64,000 nt of DNA from an uncultured candidate division Zixibacteria bacterium (GTDB lineage: Bacteria > Zixibacteria > MSB-5A5 > UBA10806): the NCBI GenBank assembly GCA_963801605.1, contig CAWDFP010000006.1, positions 896,001-960,000 on the forward strand, given 5' to 3'. The translations under genes were made by a program, and so were the position numbers. The notes below the pieces were generated by a model, which did no database searches, was not told the origin of the DNA, and saw only the letters and a list, made by a program, of their open reading frames with translations. Below, piece by piece: positions 62,260 through 64,000 of this stretch. Position 1 is the stretch's first letter. Every line of letters begins with the position of its first letter.

Positions 62260-62635
62260 TTCTTTCCTCCTAAATGGTTCGTCTCTTCGTGGTGTATAAA
62301 TGAAAATTATAATTTTTGAAATGTCAACAGACTTGGCTGTTAGCTCCGTTTGATTCTTAGGGGATTTTTATTTCGGATTGTGTGGTCGCAAAAACTTTCT
62401 TTCTCAATAATATCGTGCCGGAATAATAACCATGAGCTATTTCGGTGTCAAGTTATAAATGGTTATTTTCATTTTGTCGGCAGTTCCTTTTTACAACAAT
62501 TAATAACGTTATGGCCAAATGTTATGTTCCTTGTATGAATGCAAAATTGAATTTATGAGACTAAGGCCCTGTCTTACATAGCCTTATATCGATTTCAAAA
62601 ATCAGTTTAATAGATAATACTTTTCCAGCAAACGG

Positions 62636-63892
62636 TCAATCAAGTATGCCAATAAGGTATCTTCGAACCATCTCAAGAGCTATTGTCGCAGAGCGCTCGC
62701 GGTTTCGTTCCCTTTCCGTTCCGAAACGTTCCTCGCGCACCGCTACTTTATCGGCTGATGATAAACCGATATAGATTAGCCCTACCGGCTTTTCTGACGT
62801 TCCTCCGTCAGGCCCTGCAATTCCGGTTATGGATAGGGCGATATCCGAACCAAGATTTATTCGGGCGCCGTCAGCCATGAATCGGGCGCATTGCTCGCTA
62901 ACCGCTCCGTGTTTGCTAATTATTTCGGGCGGCACCGAAAGAAGCTTAATTTTCAGATCGTTTGAATATGCAATAACGCCGCCGGAGAAATAATCTGATG
63001 ATCCCGGTATATCGGTAATTAATTTACCCAGTAGCCCGCCTGTGCATGATTCAGCGACCGCTAATGTCAGCTTGCGTTGGCGAAGAAGCTCTCCTACTAT
63101 TTCCGGCAGTGTTTGATTATCATAGCCAAATATATATTTCCCGATTCGCTCATATATTTTCGATTCAAGCTCATTTATTGCACGTTGTCCTTCTTTCTGA
63201 TTGCGAGTCGTGACTGTGAGGCGCACATCAACACCGCGCGGCGATGGCAGAAAGGCAACGGTAAATTTCGATTCCGCCCCGATTTTAGTCTCAACCAGAT
63301 CGGCGATTTTTTCATAAAGGGCTGATTCAAAAATACCCGTGGCCCGAAGTTTACGATGAAGCGTTACGAAACCTCCGGACCGTTGGCGGATGGTATCAGT
63401 TATCCAGCCTGTTAACATCGCCTCCATCTCGTCGGGAACACCCGGCATGGATATAAATAGATGGCCGCCTTCCTCCAGTACTATCCCGACAGCCGATCCC
63501 CGCGTATTCGGAATGAATGTAGCTCCTTGGGGAAGCAGTGCCTGATTTTGGTTTATGGCCGGCATAACAATGCCCCGCGCTTTGAATCTGTTTTCGATAT
63601 TGCGCAGGATGTCATCATAAAAAATCAGGGGGCGTTTAAAATATTTGCAGATAGCCTTTTTGGTCAGGTCGTCACTGGTGGGGCCGAGGCCGCCAGTAGT
63701 TAACACAAGTTCTGCTCTTTGCATGGCGCGGGCAATAGCCTCGGTGATCTGATCGACATCGTCACCCACCGTAATCCGACGGGTCACTTGCGCACCGGCC
63801 GATGTGATTGCTTCTGATATAAAAGCGGCGTTGGTATCGATAATATGCCCGTAAAGAATCTCGTCGCCTATAGTGATTATTTCTGCGTTCGT
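62636..63892 (-). CDS. cinA: Competence/damage-inducible protein A (MoCF-like domain plus PncC NMN deamidase)
   Basis: (M)NAEIITIGDEILYG.IIDTN, TGGLGPTSDD, PGVP.EM, AESCTGG, SITGIAGP.GG. The apparent start codon at 63892 is ACG. Confidence 0.92.
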   Translation of the reverse strand, partial: TNAEIITIGDEILYGHIIDTNAAFISEAITSAGAQVTRRITVGDDVDQITEAIARAMQRAELVLTTGGLGPTSDDLTKKAICKYFKRPLIFYDDILRNIENRFKARGIVMPAINQNQALLPQGATFIPNTRGSAVGIVLEEGGHLFISMPGVPDEMEAMLTGWITDTIRQRSGGFVTLHRKLRATGIFESALYEKIADLVETKIGAESKFTVAFLPSPRGVDVRLTVTTRNQKEGQRAINELESKIYERIGKYIFGYDNQTLPEIVGELLRQRKLTLAVAESCTGGLLGKLITDIPGSSDYFSGGVIAYSNDLKIKLLSVPPEIISKHGAVSEQCARFMADGARINLGSDIALSITGIAGPDGGTSEKPVGLIYIGLSSADKVAVREERFGTERERNRERSATIALEMVRRYLIGILD

Positions 63893-64000
63893 AAGGCTTC
63901 CTCCCCCAAATATTCCAAATGGTAATTAGAAATAATGTACGCCCCACTTACTTAAAAGCGCTAAAATGAAATTTAGTATTATAGCCGCATAGACGGCGGC

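Overview
A 64-kb stretch of bacterial chromosome with no rRNA, tRNA, CRISPR array, transposase or prophage gene that I could recognise. Secreted proteins carry FlgD-Ig/T9SS-like C-terminal tags, and one carries a Cys-rich dockerin-like tag. This points to an FCB-group anaerobe, most likely candidate division Zixibacteria (inference). Left to right: murA (partial), an LpxH-like hydrolase, a gingipain-like C25 protein lacking the catalytic His, a cupredoxin, a sigma54-type small-protein unit, a GNAT, a ComEC-like metallo-hydrolase with 8 Ig-like repeats and a dockerin, msrA, an OPT transporter and a second cupredoxin. Next come a DsrMK-like pair, a MacAB-type ABC system, an SGNH hydrolase, a Rieske/cyt b/nonaheme cyt c complex, a thioredoxin-NHL protein, queG, an Rrf2/Fe-S biogenesis cluster, a beta-CASP nuclease and a VIT-vWA protein. 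The right part has a four-gene lipoprotein/L,D-transpeptidase operon, alpha-2-macroglobulin-pbpC, a Rex-boxed hdrCBA-mvhDGA-protease-hypA operon, an RRM protein and cinA. About ten genes or gene segments are broken by 1-2 nt indels and one ~290-bp segment is duplicated, which most likely reflects long-read or mixed-strain assembly error. Best candidates for something new: (1) a possible Lpp-analogous envelope tether (Lys-terminated helical lipoprotein, DpaA-like and ErfK-like YkuD enzymes, pseudo-YkuD) behind a leader terminator; (2) a GGAAC(TC)-N14-GAGT promoter motif shared by four redox genes; (3) a nested-palindrome element at 61.6-61.8 kb; (4) a dockerin-tethered ComEC-like hydrolase.
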